Made by a program: the position numbers and the translations under genes
Part shown: positions 63,498 to 64,000 of the stretch, piece after piece
Layout of the letters: every line of letters starts with the position of its first letter
Numbering within the stretch: the first letter of the stretch is position 1
Notes under the pieces: generated by a model
What the model was told of the DNA's origin: nothing
The model's database searches: none
Seen by the model: the letters and a program-made list of their open reading frames with translations, nothing else
Origin: an uncultured Actinomycetota bacterium
GTDB lineage: Bacteria; Actinomycetota; Actinomycetes; Actinomycetales; CAVURS01
DNA: 64,000 bases
NCBI GenBank assembly: GCA_963795385.1
Contig: CAWCHK010000012.1
Location: 2,443 to 66,442, forward strand
Direction: 5' to 3'

Positions 63498-64000
63498 CAG
63501 TCCTCCACCTGGAACAGTCCGGTCCGCCAGACGATGGCGACAGCGGCGATCAGCCCGATCGCCAACAGGTCGACGGAGATGGCGGCCGCCCGGTTGAAGT
63601 CGCCGTAGCGGAAGGCCAGCTGGTAGGCGAGCTGGTTGGACGACCAGGTGTCCGGGACCAGACCCAGGCTCGCCTGGTTGACGAGCTGCGGCTCCACGAA
63701 GAGCTGGGTTCCAGTCGCGAAGGAGAGGATCGCCATGTAGGCGACCCACTTGCGGATCAGCGGCAGCTTCAGCCGGAACGCGATCGTGATGGGGCCGGCG
63801 CCATCGATCCGGGCGGCTTCCTCCAGCTCGGTCGGGATGGTGTTCAACGCGCCGTACATGACGACGATCCAGCCGCCGGCCCCGGTCCAGAACGCGATCA
63901 TCGCGAAGATGAAAGGCAGGTGACCCGGGGCGATCGACTTGACGAACAGATCGGCACCGAGAACGTGACGCAGCAAGAACGACCCAGGACTCACCGACGG
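63497..64000 (-). CDS. Carbohydrate ABC transporter permease; 3' part, 5' end outside the window
   Basis: LEEAARIDGAG EAA loop. Confidence 0.85.
   Translation of the reverse strand, partial: PSVSPGSFLLRHVLGADLFVKSIAPGHLPFIFAMIAFWTGAGGWIVVMYGALNTIPTELEEAARIDGAGPITIAFRLKLPLIRKWVAYMAILSFATGTQLFVEPQLVNQASLGLVPDTWSSNQLAYQLAFRYGDFNRAAAISVDLLAIGLIAAVAIVWRTGLFQVED

Noticed and set aside
1..64000. tRNA/rRNA genes, CRISPR arrays, IS elements, prophage genes
   Set aside because: None recognised by eye; intergenic spaces are short and largely explained by promoters and operators

Overview
Very GC-rich actinobacterial chromosomal window (Nocardioidaceae-like gene repertoire; taxon is an inference). No rRNA, tRNA, CRISPR array or transposase was recognised. 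Layout: (1) 1-13.4 kb stress/dormancy-type cluster with an F420 LLM oxidoreductase, hemerythrin, a Cys-type formate dehydrogenase with NrfD anchor, NAD(P)HX dehydratase, two divergent GAF-ANTAR paralogues and UdgX. (2) PadR between two FtsX/MacB-type ABC exporters. (3) A beta-lactamase-fold hydrolase with a polar amino-acid ABC importer. Divergent from it is an uncharacterised operon: GntR, APC permease, PfkB::SIS fusion, nucleotidyltransferase-fold protein, metallophosphoesterase and LOG protein. (4) An ECF sigma module with tandem SGNH lipoproteins. (5) A van-like cluster (PLP dehydratase/racemase, Ddl, VanX-like, VanZ, two-component system). (6) A fluoride riboswitch with crcB-crcB, an ArsR/permease pair, and a stand-alone QcrB paralogue that has lost both heme bH histidines and lies behind an ECF41-type promoter. 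(7) A LacI-controlled fructosamine (Frl-like) catabolic region. (8) An oxidative sugar-acid operon ending in a LarA-family racemase. About ten apparent single-base indels between 29.6 and 46.3 kb look like assembly errors rather than true pseudogenes. All calls come from manual motif reading; no database searches were run.
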